Positions 1 through 8,032 of a stretch of 36,184 nt of DNA are shown here, one piece after another. The stretch is from a virus (taxonomy: Duplodnaviria > Caudoviricetes): the IMG/VR virus record IMGVR_UViG_3300032216_001883, positions 1 to 36,184 of that record. The stretch is one strand, 5' to 3'. The translations under genes were made by a program, and so were the position numbers. The notes beneath the pieces are model-generated. The model saw nothing but the letters and a program-made list of their open reading frames with translations. It ran no database searches and was not told where the DNA came from. The stretch's first letter is position 1. Each line of letters begins with the position of its first letter.

Positions 1-352
1 AGGCTGGAAATGGAGCTTAGAATGGGAAATGGATGGGGTATTATATACCCACGGCACAGGATCATCAGGACAAGCAGGTGCCATCAATAGAGCAAGAGAT
101 GCTCGTCAATCAACAGTTATTGGTCATATTCACTCCTTTGGTGGAGTACTTTATAGTAGCTCAGATAAGGATATGATATTCGGTATGAATGTGGGTTGCG
201 GTATAGACATAAACGCTTACGCAATGGAGTATTCACGACCTTTCCCCAAAAGACCAACATTAGGATGTGGAGTGGTTTTAGATAGCGGAAGAATTGCTAT
301 ATTTGTTCCGATGCCATTAGGAAGCAAGATAATAAGGCTGCCTAGAAAGTAA
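1..352 (+). CDS. C-terminal half of a calcineurin-like metallophosphoesterase (continues from 35830-36184)
   Basis: Frame is open from position 2 (GWKWSLEWEMDGVLYTHG...). Carries the HG and GHIH motifs that complete the DxH/GDxxD/GNH motifs at the right end. Confidence 0.85.
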   Translation, partial: GWKWSLEWEMDGVLYTHGTGSSGQAGAINRARDARQSTVIGHIHSFGGVLYSSSDKDMIFGMNVGCGIDINAYAMEYSRPFPKRPTLGCGVVLDSGRIAIFVPMPLGSKIIRLPRK

Positions 353-459
353 ACATTTAACAAACTCACTTTAGACAATTAACAAATAAGTGTGTATCAT
401 ATTGATAATCAATAAGGTATGCACTTTTTATTTCTGTAATAATTAAAACGTAAATTTGT

Positions 460-621
460 ATGGGCGAACAACATCCTGATGAAGTAATTAAGGCTTTAAA
501 AATAGAGCAGAAATTATTAGAAGATAGACTGAAAGATGTAGCAATGAAGCTTAGATTAATCATTATTAAAGAGAGTGCCAGAGATGTTACTGCAAATAGA
601 ACAGCTTACGGAAGACGATAG
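460..621 (+). CDS. Small hypothetical protein, 53 aa (MGEQHPDEVIKALKIEQKLLEDRLKDVAMKLRLII...), not in the ORF track
   Basis: Translated by hand. Coiled-coil-like, preceded by TAAATTTG (451-458), overlaps the next gene. Confidence 0.55.
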   Translation: MGEQHPDEVIKALKIEQKLLEDRLKDVAMKLRLIIIKESARDVTANRTAYGRR

Positions 622-850
622 CTATGAGTTTGGAGATGGAACCGAAGCGAGTAACGGATGGATCAACATTAATTTGGTTGAATCTGTTACCGAAGATGAT
701 GAATACGAAGACAGATGTTTTGTGTATATGCAATCCCAAGACTTCTTCTATGTGAATGAGAGCTCAGAATCTTTTATCAAAAGATATCAAGAACTTTTAT
801 ATGGAACTGTTCTGACAAGATTCTACGATAAAACGAATAGACAAACATAA
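584..850 (+). CDS. Acidic hypothetical protein
   Basis: ORF 575-850 with likely ATG at 584, followed by a terminator. Confidence 0.65.
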   Translation: MLLQIEQLTEDDSYEFGDGTEASNGWININLVESVTEDDEYEDRCFVYMQSQDFFYVNESSESFIKRYQELLYGTVLTRFYDKTNRQT

Positions 851-882
851 GAAGCTCTCTCATAGTTGGTGGTTTTTGGTTT

Positions 883-914
883 CACCCTCAGGTAAAAACT
901 GGGGGTGTTTTATT
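883..914 (+). terminator. Intrinsic terminator ending rightward transcription
   Basis: CACCCTCAG-GTAAAAA-CTGGGGGTG followed by TTTTATT. Confidence 0.75.
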
Positions 915-915
915 A

Positions 916-947
916 TAATAAAGCCCCATCGTAGAAACGACAGGGCT
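916..947 (-). terminator. Intrinsic terminator ending leftward transcription
   Basis: Minus strand AGCCCTGTCGT-TTCT-ACGATGGGGCT then TTATTAT, convergent with the plus-strand terminator. Confidence 0.6.
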
Positions 948-973
948 ACCTTTATTTCAAAAAAACACACAAA

Positions 974-1159
974 CTATTTCTTTTTATACTCTTGTAAGGC
1001 TAATGAAAAAATGACTATTATCGTTAAAACGTATAACGATCTAACAGTCCAATGCCAATCAAGAGGATTAAACTCATTTGCTATAAAAGCAAATGGTAAA
1101 TAAATACCTACTAACAAAATTAATAAATTAATTATAATATCCTTAATATTTGTTCTCAT
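974..1159 (-). CDS. Small two-TM membrane protein
   Basis: 61 aa, two hydrophobic stretches, basic C-terminus. Confidence 0.65.
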   Translation of the reverse strand: MRTNIKDIIINLLILLVGIYLPFAFIANEFNPLDWHWTVRSLYVLTIIVIFSLALQEYKKK

Positions 1160-1168
1160 AAATTAAAT

Positions 1169-1420
1169 TTAAAAAGGAAGGTCTTTTTTTGGTTTGCCAT
1201 CTGCCACCCAAGTATCTAGCTCAATATAGAAACCTGCTTCACCTGGTTTAGCATCTTTTTTGTTCTTAATAAGAATGTTTGCCCAACCATTGTTAGTTGC
1301 TGCGAAGTCATTCATTTTCTTTAAGTCATCTGGTCCGAATGATACTTTTTTAAATTCACCGAACGCTGTTTTCATTGTAAAAGACCTTCCTAAGAAGACT
1401 TTCTCTTTAGTTGCTGCCAT
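1169..1420 (-). CDS. Small putative ssDNA-binding protein
   Basis: Beta-rich 83 aa ending in the SSB-type tail DLPF, in the replication operon. Confidence 0.5.
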   Translation of the reverse strand: MAATKEKVFLGRSFTMKTAFGEFKKVSFGPDDLKKMNDFAATNNGWANILIKNKKDAKPGEAGFYIELDTWVADGKPKKDLPF

Positions 1421-1438
1421 TGTTTTTTGTTTTATTTA

Positions 1439-1651
1439 TTAAATACTATTTTTGAAGTTTTGTTTCAATTTTTCTAAGTAAAGAACTGCATCCATAAGTT
1501 CTTGTTGTAAATGTTCAATCCAATCCTTAGTGTTTAAATCTGTTCTATCTAGGTTAGTTCCGTACTTAGTTTGACCAACATTAGCTCTTGTCTTGTAATT
1601 GCCAATAACTGATTCAACTATGCTATCAAATTTATCTTCCTTGTCCAACAT
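1439..1651 (-). CDS. Conserved phage protein, possibly all-alpha NTP-pyrophosphatase-like
   Basis: GxxKYG...W..H.QQELMDA.LY pattern. Function uncertain. Confidence 0.45.
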   Translation of the reverse strand: MLDKEDKFDSIVESVIGNYKTRANVGQTKYGTNLDRTDLNTKDWIEHLQQELMDAVLYLEKLKQNFKNSI

Positions 1652-1757
1652 ACTTTTTGGGTTTAGGTGAATGTTTGTTAAAACTTTTCTTTGCTGAACC
1701 TCGTTTTCTACTTCCGAAGTTCACCTTTCTCGAATCTCCAGTCTTCGTTTTCGCCAT
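1632..1757 (-). CDS. 41-aa highly basic peptide MAKTKTGDSRKVNFGSRKRGSAKKSFNKHSPKPKKYVGQGR (not in ORF track)
   Basis: Translated by hand. Fills the gap between VRR-NUC and the next gene, overlapping both. Confidence 0.6.
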   Translation of the reverse strand: MAKTKTGDSRKVNFGSRKRGSAKKSFNKHSPKPKKYVGQGR

Positions 1758-2067
1758 CTTTAAAAATTGTTATTTTAATTGTTTCATCTCTTATTTGTTG
1801 ACATAACATCGCACATCCTCCAGCCATAGATAATTGTTCTAAGAATAACAATTGATCTGTTGTTGCCCTATCCCCTATGGCTTTCACTTCTACAGCTACA
1901 AAATACCCATACTTTTTATTGTAACCAATAATATCAGGAACCCCTCTCTTGCCAATAAATGCCCTACCTCTAATAGCAATATTATTATTTCTCCATACTT
2001 CATTGCCATTATCTTTCAAATAATCCAACATCATTTTAGTTAACTCACTTGCTGATTGATATGCCAT
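1708..2067 (-). CDS. VRR-NUC family nuclease / Holliday junction resolvase-like
   Basis: GVPDIIG...FVAVEVKA...T.DQ..FL is a PD-(D/E)XK motif. Confidence 0.8.
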   Translation of the reverse strand: MAYQSASELTKMMLDYLKDNGNEVWRNNNIAIRGRAFIGKRGVPDIIGYNKKYGYFVAVEVKAIGDRATTDQLLFLEQLSMAGGCAMLCQQIRDETIKITIFKDGENEDWRFEKGELRK

Positions 2068-2101
2068 CACCAAAATTACAATATATTTATTATATATATA
2101 G

Positions 2102-2830
2102 TTATGAAGTACACGAGCAATTAAAAGAAGGTGTCAAATCAGTTAAATCTTGTCCTTTAAATAAATCATTTTGTGCCATCATTAACAAGTGCCTATAAGT
2201 TGTATCCTGAAAGTATGTATGCCCCCCCCCTTTCTGTTTGCTAATATCTTCATCTTCAATCCATTCATCTGCTAATTCAGGAAAACTTCTAAGAATATTT
2301 ATTATAGCATTTTTGCCTTTAAGAAAACATAAAGTACAATTGCCTAATATAGCAGGTATTTCTAAGGTATAAGGTTTTTTACTCCAATAGTCATTTACTT
2401 TAGCCTTATCTATTCCTGCATCATATAAAGGGAATCTTGGGTGTATGTAAGCTTGTCTTTGTTCATATCCTTTTACTCTGCGTTCTTCATCTGACCTAAA
2501 TCCTACTAACCATTCATAATTTTGTTTGCCATAGTTCTTTCTTAAATATCTCTTGGCTGTTTTTATCTTTAATTCTAAAGTGCAAGACCTTTTAACTCTA
2601 TTAGGTATATGCTTCCATTTAGTATGCTCAAGCATACCTCTAAATCCACCTTCGTATTGTACTCTTATAACAGGAATATTTTCGTGGGCCTCAAAGTCAT
2701 TAATAAACTTATAAGTCTTACTATGCTCTCTACCAGTATCTGCAAATATTACTAAGTCACCTTCACGATAATTTAAAATTGTCATTAAAGCACTTGTCTT
2801 TCCTCCACTAAAATTAATTACTCTTTTCAT
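2102..2830 (-). CDS. PAPS reductase-family (adenine nucleotide alpha-hydrolase) protein with Cys ligands
   Basis: FSGGKTS PP-loop, DTGREH, CTLELK, GFRSDE, NCTLC and terminal CSC. Confidence 0.8.
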   Translation of the reverse strand: MKRVINFSGGKTSALMTILNYREGDLVIFADTGREHSKTYKFINDFEAHENIPVIRVQYEGGFRGMLEHTKWKHIPNRVKRSCTLELKIKTAKRYLRKNYGKQNYEWLVGFRSDEERRVKGYEQRQAYIHPRFPLYDAGIDKAKVNDYWSKKPYTLEIPAILGNCTLCFLKGKNAIINILRSFPELADEWIEDEDISKQKGGGHTYFQDTTYRHLLMMAQNDLFKGQDLTDLTPSFNCSCTS

Positions 2831-2839
2831 TTTGTTTAT

Positions 2840-3205
2840 TTAGTACCAGCGAATAAGTTCATCTGTTGGCATCTTAACATATTTTATTTTATCCTTCACT
2901 TTTATCTCACCAATCCTCCAATATCTTCTAGCTTTAACCCTTAAAAACTCTGCTCTTATAAATACTATTCTATCTCTTAGGTCTAAGTTAAAAGCAAAAA
3001 ACTCTACCCTTTCATCTGATATGCCACTAGGTTGACCATCATTCTCATACTCTAGCATAAAATAACCCTTCTTTAAAGCCTCTGTTTGATGTATGACTAA
3101 AACCTTGGTGCTCTTAGCAAATAGTCTAATGGCTTGGTAAGTACCATCTTTTGCTTTAGCTTCTTCAATCTCAAACTTCCGTCTATTTCTGTATCCTCTT
3201 GCCAT
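2840..3205 (-). CDS. Hypothetical protein (possible degenerate restriction-endonuclease-like fold)
   Basis: 121-aa ORF packed in the operon, with an EYE..GQPSGI motif. Confidence 0.55.
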   Translation of the reverse strand: MARGYRNRRKFEIEEAKAKDGTYQAIRLFAKSTKVLVIHQTEALKKGYFMLEYENDGQPSGISDERVEFFAFNLDLRDRIVFIRAEFLRVKARRYWRIGEIKVKDKIKYVKMPTDELIRWY

Positions 3206-3217
3206 AAAAGTTTACTA

Positions 3218-4555
3218 TTAGAAAACTTTATAATCTTCAAATGTCATTGTTTCAGGTAAGAATCTCAAAGCTAGATTTTTTGTGGCTCCGTGTCTATTCT
3301 TCTCCACCTTACAAACCACTAAATCACTTGGAGCATATTCCTTGCCACCAATCTCTACTGATTCAGTTTGTTCGTAGTAGCCTGGTCGCATAAGCATAAT
3401 CACAGCATCAGCATCTTGCTCTATTGATCCTGATTCTCTAAGGTCAGATAATTGAGGCATCTTATCTCCTCGTTCTTCTACCCTCCTAGATAATTGGGAT
3501 AGGGCGATAATAGGTACTTCCAACTCTTTGGCAAGTGCTTTAAGGCTCCTACTAATGTAGGATACCTCTTGCTCTCGGTTTTGGTTTGACTTGCCTGTGC
3601 CACTCATAAGCTGAAGGTAATCGATAAAGATAATCTTTATACCATACTTCTGTTTAAGAATAGTTGCTTTTGACCTTAGTTGGGTTACACTAATACCGCC
3701 CATATCCTCTATGTAGATGGGGGAAGTAAGTATTTTATCATCAGTTCGCAAAAGGTGAACTTTTTCGTTATCTGTCATTAAATTCATTCTAAGACGTTTT
3801 AAGGCTAGTCCTGAGCTTATTGACTCTAACCTTTCAACTAACTGATTGGAGCTCATTTCGAGGCTAAAAATGGCCGTAGCGATGCCTTCTTGAATTGCTA
3901 TCTGATATATACTAGAAAGCATAAAAGCAGTCTTGCCCATTCCAGGCCTAGCAGCTATTATTACAAAGTCAGGCTTAACCCATCCGCATAATGTGTTATT
4001 TAGCTCAATAAAGCCTGTGTTTATGCCTAGTAACTGACCTTCAGTTGCAGCATCTCTACTTTCATTTAGCTGTAAAATAATTTGATCTATAGTCTTTTCG
4101 TATATATTACCAAACTCTTGTAGTCTTAAAAGTTGTTTACCAAAAGTAGATAAAGTATCATCGGTAGATTCAGCACCATCAAAAGCAGCTACTTCCATTA
4201 ATCTGCCCAGGTTAGCTAACTTTCTACGCTTGTATAATTCTATTAGTACCTCTATATGAGTATTTAGGTGAGCAGTTGATACAACGTTGTTAGTTAATTT
4301 AGATAGGTAGTGAGCATTTACTTCTTCAGAATGTTTATTATCTATAAGTCGTTGAAATACAGTACTTAAATCTACTTGTATGTTCTTATCATACATCTGC
4401 TTAATAGTTCTGAATATTAATTGATGACGTAGATCGTAGAAGATTTCTTCAGTAAGATAGTTCACTACAAAAGGCAAAGCTTTTTTATCTAGTAGTATTG
4501 AGCCTAGTATATTCTCTTCTATCTCTAGGTTTTTAGGTAGGTTTATAACATCCAT
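3218..4555 (-). CDS. dnaB: Replicative DNA helicase DnaB
   Basis: AARPGMGKT Walker A, FSLEMS, IDYLQL, LSQLSR, SDLRESGSIEQDAD, KNRHG. Confidence 0.97.
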   Translation of the reverse strand: MDVINLPKNLEIEENILGSILLDKKALPFVVNYLTEEIFYDLRHQLIFRTIKQMYDKNIQVDLSTVFQRLIDNKHSEEVNAHYLSKLTNNVVSTAHLNTHIEVLIELYKRRKLANLGRLMEVAAFDGAESTDDTLSTFGKQLLRLQEFGNIYEKTIDQIILQLNESRDAATEGQLLGINTGFIELNNTLCGWVKPDFVIIAARPGMGKTAFMLSSIYQIAIQEGIATAIFSLEMSSNQLVERLESISSGLALKRLRMNLMTDNEKVHLLRTDDKILTSPIYIEDMGGISVTQLRSKATILKQKYGIKIIFIDYLQLMSGTGKSNQNREQEVSYISRSLKALAKELEVPIIALSQLSRRVEERGDKMPQLSDLRESGSIEQDADAVIMLMRPGYYEQTESVEIGGKEYAPSDLVVCKVEKNRHGATKNLALRFLPETMTFEDYKVF

Positions 4556-5172
4556 TATTTAAGCTTTATTTTAGTTTGTGTGTTAGGTTCAAAGTTTTTG
4601 CTATTCTTAATCCAAGTTCCTACTCTTCTGCCAATATCAAAGAATTTTTGATCTTGGTATCTCATCTTGCCTTTTGTATCTGCTTCAGTCCAGTAGTCTA
4701 AAAAAGATTGGTATTGGTTACCAAGTTTATCTTTATGTGTTTCTAGCCTATTGATAAAAGAATCCTTATCGTTATATATCTTATTAGGTATTATATCTTT
4801 GTTATTAATAACTATATTATTATGTGCCAGTTTTCTGGCTGAGGGGTTAGCCAGTTTTTCGGCTGAGGTAGTAGTTTTTTCTGGCCTAGGTATCTCTATA
4901 TTAATTACCAATGATCTGTACTCAAAATCACCATTTTCTTTTAACTTTATTATCCTTCCTAGGATTGTCATATCCTCTAGTTTTTTAAGGTGATCTTTAA
5001 TCGTAGATTCTGAACAATCAAGACAATCTCCTAAATACTTGTTAGATGCAAAACAATAACCTCTCTCATTGCTTAGATTAGATATTAAAGCTATTAATAA
5101 CTTTTGTTTATCTGTAAGTTCCTTGCTTAATAAAACCTTTGCAGGTAAAACTGCATACCAATTATGATTCAT
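4555..5172 (-). CDS. Replication initiator, N-terminal winged HTH (lambda O/DnaD-like)
   Basis: GYCFASNKYL...SESTI...L..LE HTH pattern, directly upstream of dnaB, contains iterons. Confidence 0.8.
   Translation of the reverse strand: MNHNWYAVLPAKVLLSKELTDKQKLLIALISNLSNERGYCFASNKYLGDCLDCSESTIKDHLKKLEDMTILGRIIKLKENGDFEYRSLVINIEIPRPEKTTTSAEKLANPSARKLAHNNIVINNKDIIPNKIYNDKDSFINRLETHKDKLGNQYQSFLDYWTEADTKGKMRYQDQKFFDIGRRVGTWIKNSKNFEPNTQTKIKLK
4770..4890. other. Putative replication origin: iterons plus AT-rich tract inside the initiator gene
   Basis: GCCAGTTTTYYGGCTGAGG at 4826 and 4850 (24-bp period), a degenerate third copy at 4871, and an AT-rich stretch at 4770-4825. Confidence 0.65.
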
Positions 5173-5178
5173 AATAAT

Positions 5179-5269
5179 AAAAAAAGGGCTTCAGACTTAC
5201 AGGTAATGCGACTACCTGTTCATCTTCCACCCTATAAACTCTTTTTTTGTAATGTCGCATATTACAGAG
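5179..5269 (-). ncRNA. Structured 5' leader (two hairpins with complementary 7-nt loops plus terminator) upstream of the initiator gene
   Basis: TGTAAT-ATGCGAC-ATTACA and ACAGGTA-GTCGCAT-TACCTGT. Outer stem AGGGT/GCCCT followed by a U tract. Confidence 0.7.
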
Positions 5270-5277
5270 CAAATATA
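5270..5277 (-). promoter_or_regulatory. Bacteroidota-type -7 promoter box for the replication operon
   Basis: TATATTTG immediately before the structured leader. Confidence 0.65.
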
Positions 5278-5505
5278 CTAAGATTTAGATAGTATCCTAA
5301 AAGCTACTATTCTCTCTTTGTCTAAGTGAGTAACTTTAAACTTCTTTCTAGCAATAGGGTTTAATGACTCTCTGATAACCTGTGGTGGAACCCTGGCCTT
5401 CCTAGAAGCTGATGCTATAGATTTAAAATGTATCTCTTCTTTGGTATCAATAAACACCATCCTGATTGGTATGTTGTTCTCCATCCCCTTTATTTCTTGA
5501 CTCAT
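5278..5505 (-). CDS. Small DNA-binding protein, NUMOD1/HTH-like
   Basis: FKSIASASRKARV...IRESL pattern. Confidence 0.55.
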   Translation of the reverse strand: MSQEIKGMENNIPIRMVFIDTKEEIHFKSIASASRKARVPPQVIRESLNPIARKKFKVTHLDKERIVAFRILSKS

Positions 5506-5779
5506 TTGGTTTAAAGTGATTTTTTAGCCCTTTTATAAATTGTTGATTGGTTGTATCGAACTCTCTTTTTTTGAAGAATCCTTCATCGATGTTTCCTCCA
5601 TCCATTGCGTTGGGATACACGAGTATGTCATCATCGTAAAAATTACGGACTCTTCCTGTATCGTAACACACCACTTTCCATACGGTGTTAGTATCTCCTC
5701 CGTAATCAATCCAAGCGATTGCTTTGCCGTATCCGAGTGGTGTGTGAACATCTATGGTGGTTTTTAGTTGGTAAATCAT
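5447..5779 (-). CDS. Hypothetical protein
   Basis: 110-aa ORF coupled by ATGA overlap, with a TPLG.G.A..WIDYG motif. Confidence 0.7.
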   Translation of the reverse strand: MIYQLKTTIDVHTPLGYGKAIAWIDYGGDTNTVWKVVCYDTGRVRNFYDDDILVYPNAMDGGNIDEGFFKKREFDTTNQQFIKGLKNHFKPNESRNKGDGEQHTNQDGVY

Positions 5780-5898
5780 TTTGATTTTTTTAGATAGTGC
5801 TTAATCTCAAATGCTAACATTGTTATCGAATAAACACATAAAAAAACAGGTACTGCTATAAAAAAGAATCTAAGCATCCCAAAAGTATTTTTTATCAT
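5776..5898 (-). CDS. 40-aa single-TM peptide (MIKNTFGMLRFFFIAVPVFLCVYSITMLAFEIKHYLKKSK), not in ORF track
   Basis: Translated by hand. Exactly fills the gap, with an ATGA overlap onto the next gene. Confidence 0.6.
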   Translation of the reverse strand: MIKNTFGMLRFFFIAVPVFLCVYSITMLAFEIKHYLKKSK

Positions 5899-5899
5899 A

Positions 5900-6367
5900 T
5901 TATTTCTTTAATGATATTTTAAATGTTGTAGTAGATACTCTAGGAGCTGGATGTACCATCTCGCCAGTTTCAGGATCAACTACAGCAGAAGTAATACTTC
6001 TAAGCATCTTCTCTCTTTCTTTTAATGCATACTTTAAAGACTCAACTTCGTTATTAAGTTTAGTCCAAGCATAGTCCTGGTCATAGATGTACTTAATACC
6101 TGATTCAATCTTAGTAACCTCGCTACCTAACACATCAGCTTTGCCTAATGGATATTTTGCTAGTTCGTCTACAACTATATCTCTAAGTTCACCACGAACC
6201 CCTTCAAATAATTGAGCAATGGCATCCATACGTACTAATGTTTCTAGTGGAGACTCGCCTGTTTCCTTAAAATGTTCTACAATCGTTGTCTTAATAAGTT
6301 CATTATTAAACTTACTAGGCTCATAGGTGGATAGTTCTACTTTCGGTAAAAATATTTCTGCACTCAT
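5900..6367 (-). CDS. Hypothetical helical protein coupled to the annealase
   Basis: 155 aa, coiled coil, VDPETGE motif, TAATG coupling. Confidence 0.7.
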   Translation of the reverse strand: MSAEIFLPKVELSTYEPSKFNNELIKTTIVEHFKETGESPLETLVRMDAIAQLFEGVRGELRDIVVDELAKYPLGKADVLGSEVTKIESGIKYIYDQDYAWTKLNNEVESLKYALKEREKMLRSITSAVVDPETGEMVHPAPRVSTTTFKISLKK

Positions 6368-7068
6368 TATTTTTTTGTTTTAATTGTGAATGATTCTTTC
6401 TTTGATTTCAGCAACATAAGTAACGCTTGGTCACCATCGATGTATTGCTTATATCCATAATATAAATCTACTAGCTCCTTATTTTTAGTACACGCTGTAA
6501 TGTCCTTAATCAACTGAGTCCTATCAATTTCTTCTGCTACCTCTTCTGCAGCTAACTCAATAATCTTAGCCTTAGTATCAGTTTGTGGTGAGGTTTTTTG
6601 ATCTGTCTTAGAATGGTCAAAATCCATTTCTTCAGCAGGTGTAGCCTCGAATCCAGCAGCTTTCATCAGCCAAGCAAGTAAGTTCCTATAAGCCTTGCCA
6701 ATCGCCCTTGTTTGTGCCATACTAAGAATAGCATATTCGTCAAAGTATCTCTTAGTTTTTTCGGCATTCGTGCATAAGGCAATACCTGTAGCAACGAGCT
6801 GACCTGTATTAATATTGCGAACCTCACAAGTCGCCATATATTTAATAGTAGTTTCATTGGACAAATCTTTTGTATCTGTGATAATTGGCATTAATCCTAG
6901 TGAAGCTCCAGCGAACTGCCATCCTTCCACATTAACGAATTGCTTGCCTTGAATGTTTGAGCTTAATCCTTTCTCTTTGATAAGCTTAGATAGTTCTGAT
7001 GCTAATTGTAACATTGAGTCTTTGTTAATGAGACTGTACGAAGGGCTAGTTGTTTGTAACTGATCCAT
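6367..7068 (-). CDS. Single-strand annealing recombinase (Rad52/Sak-like)
   Basis: IQGKQFVNVEGW...ATG.A.C...E...SMAQTRAIGKA...ATPAEEM. Confidence 0.65.
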   Translation of the reverse strand: MDQLQTTSPSYSLINKDSMLQLASELSKLIKEKGLSSNIQGKQFVNVEGWQFAGASLGLMPIITDTKDLSNETTIKYMATCEVRNINTGQLVATGIALCTNAEKTKRYFDEYAILSMAQTRAIGKAYRNLLAWLMKAAGFEATPAEEMDFDHSKTDQKTSPQTDTKAKIIELAAEEVAEEIDRTQLIKDITACTKNKELVDLYYGYKQYIDGDQALLMLLKSKKESFTIKTKK

Positions 7069-7252
7069 AATTTAGGTTTTTTGTTTGTGTTTCTGTGAAA
7101 TAATAAGCTTCTCTAGTTGAATACTTTTGCCATATAGACAAGATAGATTCCATTAGTTCAAGATTAGCTTGTGAATAGTTGATTTGATGGATAATCTTAG
7201 CGACAAATAATCGCTTTTCTGAATCATCCCAAGATGCGAATTGACTTAGCAT
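7046..7252 (-). CDS. Hypothetical protein
   Basis: 68-aa ORF overlapping its neighbours in the operon. Confidence 0.6.
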   Translation of the reverse strand: MLSQFASWDDSEKRLFVAKIIHQINYSQANLELMESILSIWQKYSTREAYYFTETQTKNLNYGSVTNN

Positions 7253-7619
7253 AGTTTAGGTGTTTTTTGGTTGGTAAATTAAGTTTAAGTAAGAATCTTA
7301 TTTCTTCAAATTGCTCTGCATAGACATCGTTGTTCTTCATATCTTGTTTGTGCATACGAAGTCCGTGGAGTACAGTTGTATGGTCACGAAAAAATAACCT
7401 GCCTATTGAGGCTACTGTAGAGCCTACGTAGGTTTTTAGAATGGCATAGCACATATTCCTTGTAAGCACATAGATGCGTGATCTATCTTTAGATAGTACA
7501 TCTTTGTATCTCACATCCATTTCCTTACAAATAAATTGTATTATCTCCTCTCTGTCTAATTGTTGCTCAATAAATATTCCAGGCATAGTGTAGTAGTTTA
7601 GTTTATTCAGCGTAGTCAT
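7224..7619 (-). CDS. Stand-alone DnaA C-terminal (domain IV) DNA-binding protein
   Basis: DVLSKDRSR....R..C......IGRLF.RDHTTVLHG is the DnaA domain IV signature. Confidence 0.85.
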   Translation of the reverse strand: MTTLNKLNYYTMPGIFIEQQLDREEIIQFICKEMDVRYKDVLSKDRSRIYVLTRNMCYAILKTYVGSTVASIGRLFFRDHTTVLHGLRMHKQDMKNNDVYAEQFEEIRFLLKLNLPTKKHLNYAKSIRILG

Positions 7620-7797
7620 AAATTTGGTTTTTTAAATCCTCTATCTTCTTACGATAAAAGGCTTCTACAATTTCAATCATCTCTTCATCTGCTTTAGCTA
7701 ATCTTGTGCGAACCTTGTAAGGTGTATAGCCTGTTAACTCACAAATCTTTTTTACATCGCCATACTTAAGTAAGGCACGATAATCTTTAATCAGCAT
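7603..7797 (-). CDS. Small HTH-like (Cro-like) protein
   Basis: GDVKKICELTGYTPYKVRTRL helix-turn-helix pattern. Confidence 0.5.
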   Translation of the reverse strand: MLIKDYRALLKYGDVKKICELTGYTPYKVRTRLAKADEEMIEIVEAFYRKKIEDLKNQIYDYAE

Positions 7798-8029
7798 TTT
7801 TTAGTTTTTTATATAGTTTGTAATGTCTATCAATAGAACGCATAGCTCCTTCGATAGATGTAAAGTAATCTCCTCTCCAATAATAGAACTTATCTAGGGG
7901 TTTTTTGCTATCCCAATGAATAAACATACCACGATAAATGTAGTCCTTTTTAAGCCTATGGCTATCTATGGTTATCATAAAATAATCCTTAAGGCCTTTT
8001 TGTTTTAGATGGGTTGGTGTTGGGTGCAT
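7787..8029 (-). CDS. Hypothetical protein
   Basis: 80-aa ORF in the operon. Confidence 0.6.
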   Translation of the reverse strand: MHPTPTHLKQKGLKDYFMITIDSHRLKKDYIYRGMFIHWDSKKPLDKFYYWRGDYFTSIEGAMRSIDRHYKLYKKLKNAD

Positions 8030-8032
8030 AAA

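Noticed and set aside
366-563. Minus-strand 65-aa ORF
   Set aside because: Antisense to a better-supported plus-strand ORF (460-621) that has a promoter box.
777-863. 28-aa minus-strand ORF with an AACC-rich leader
   Set aside because: Antisense to 584-850, downstream of the leftward terminator, with no supporting promoter.
876-1103. Plus-strand 75-aa ORF
   Set aside because: Runs through both terminators and is antisense to 974-1159.
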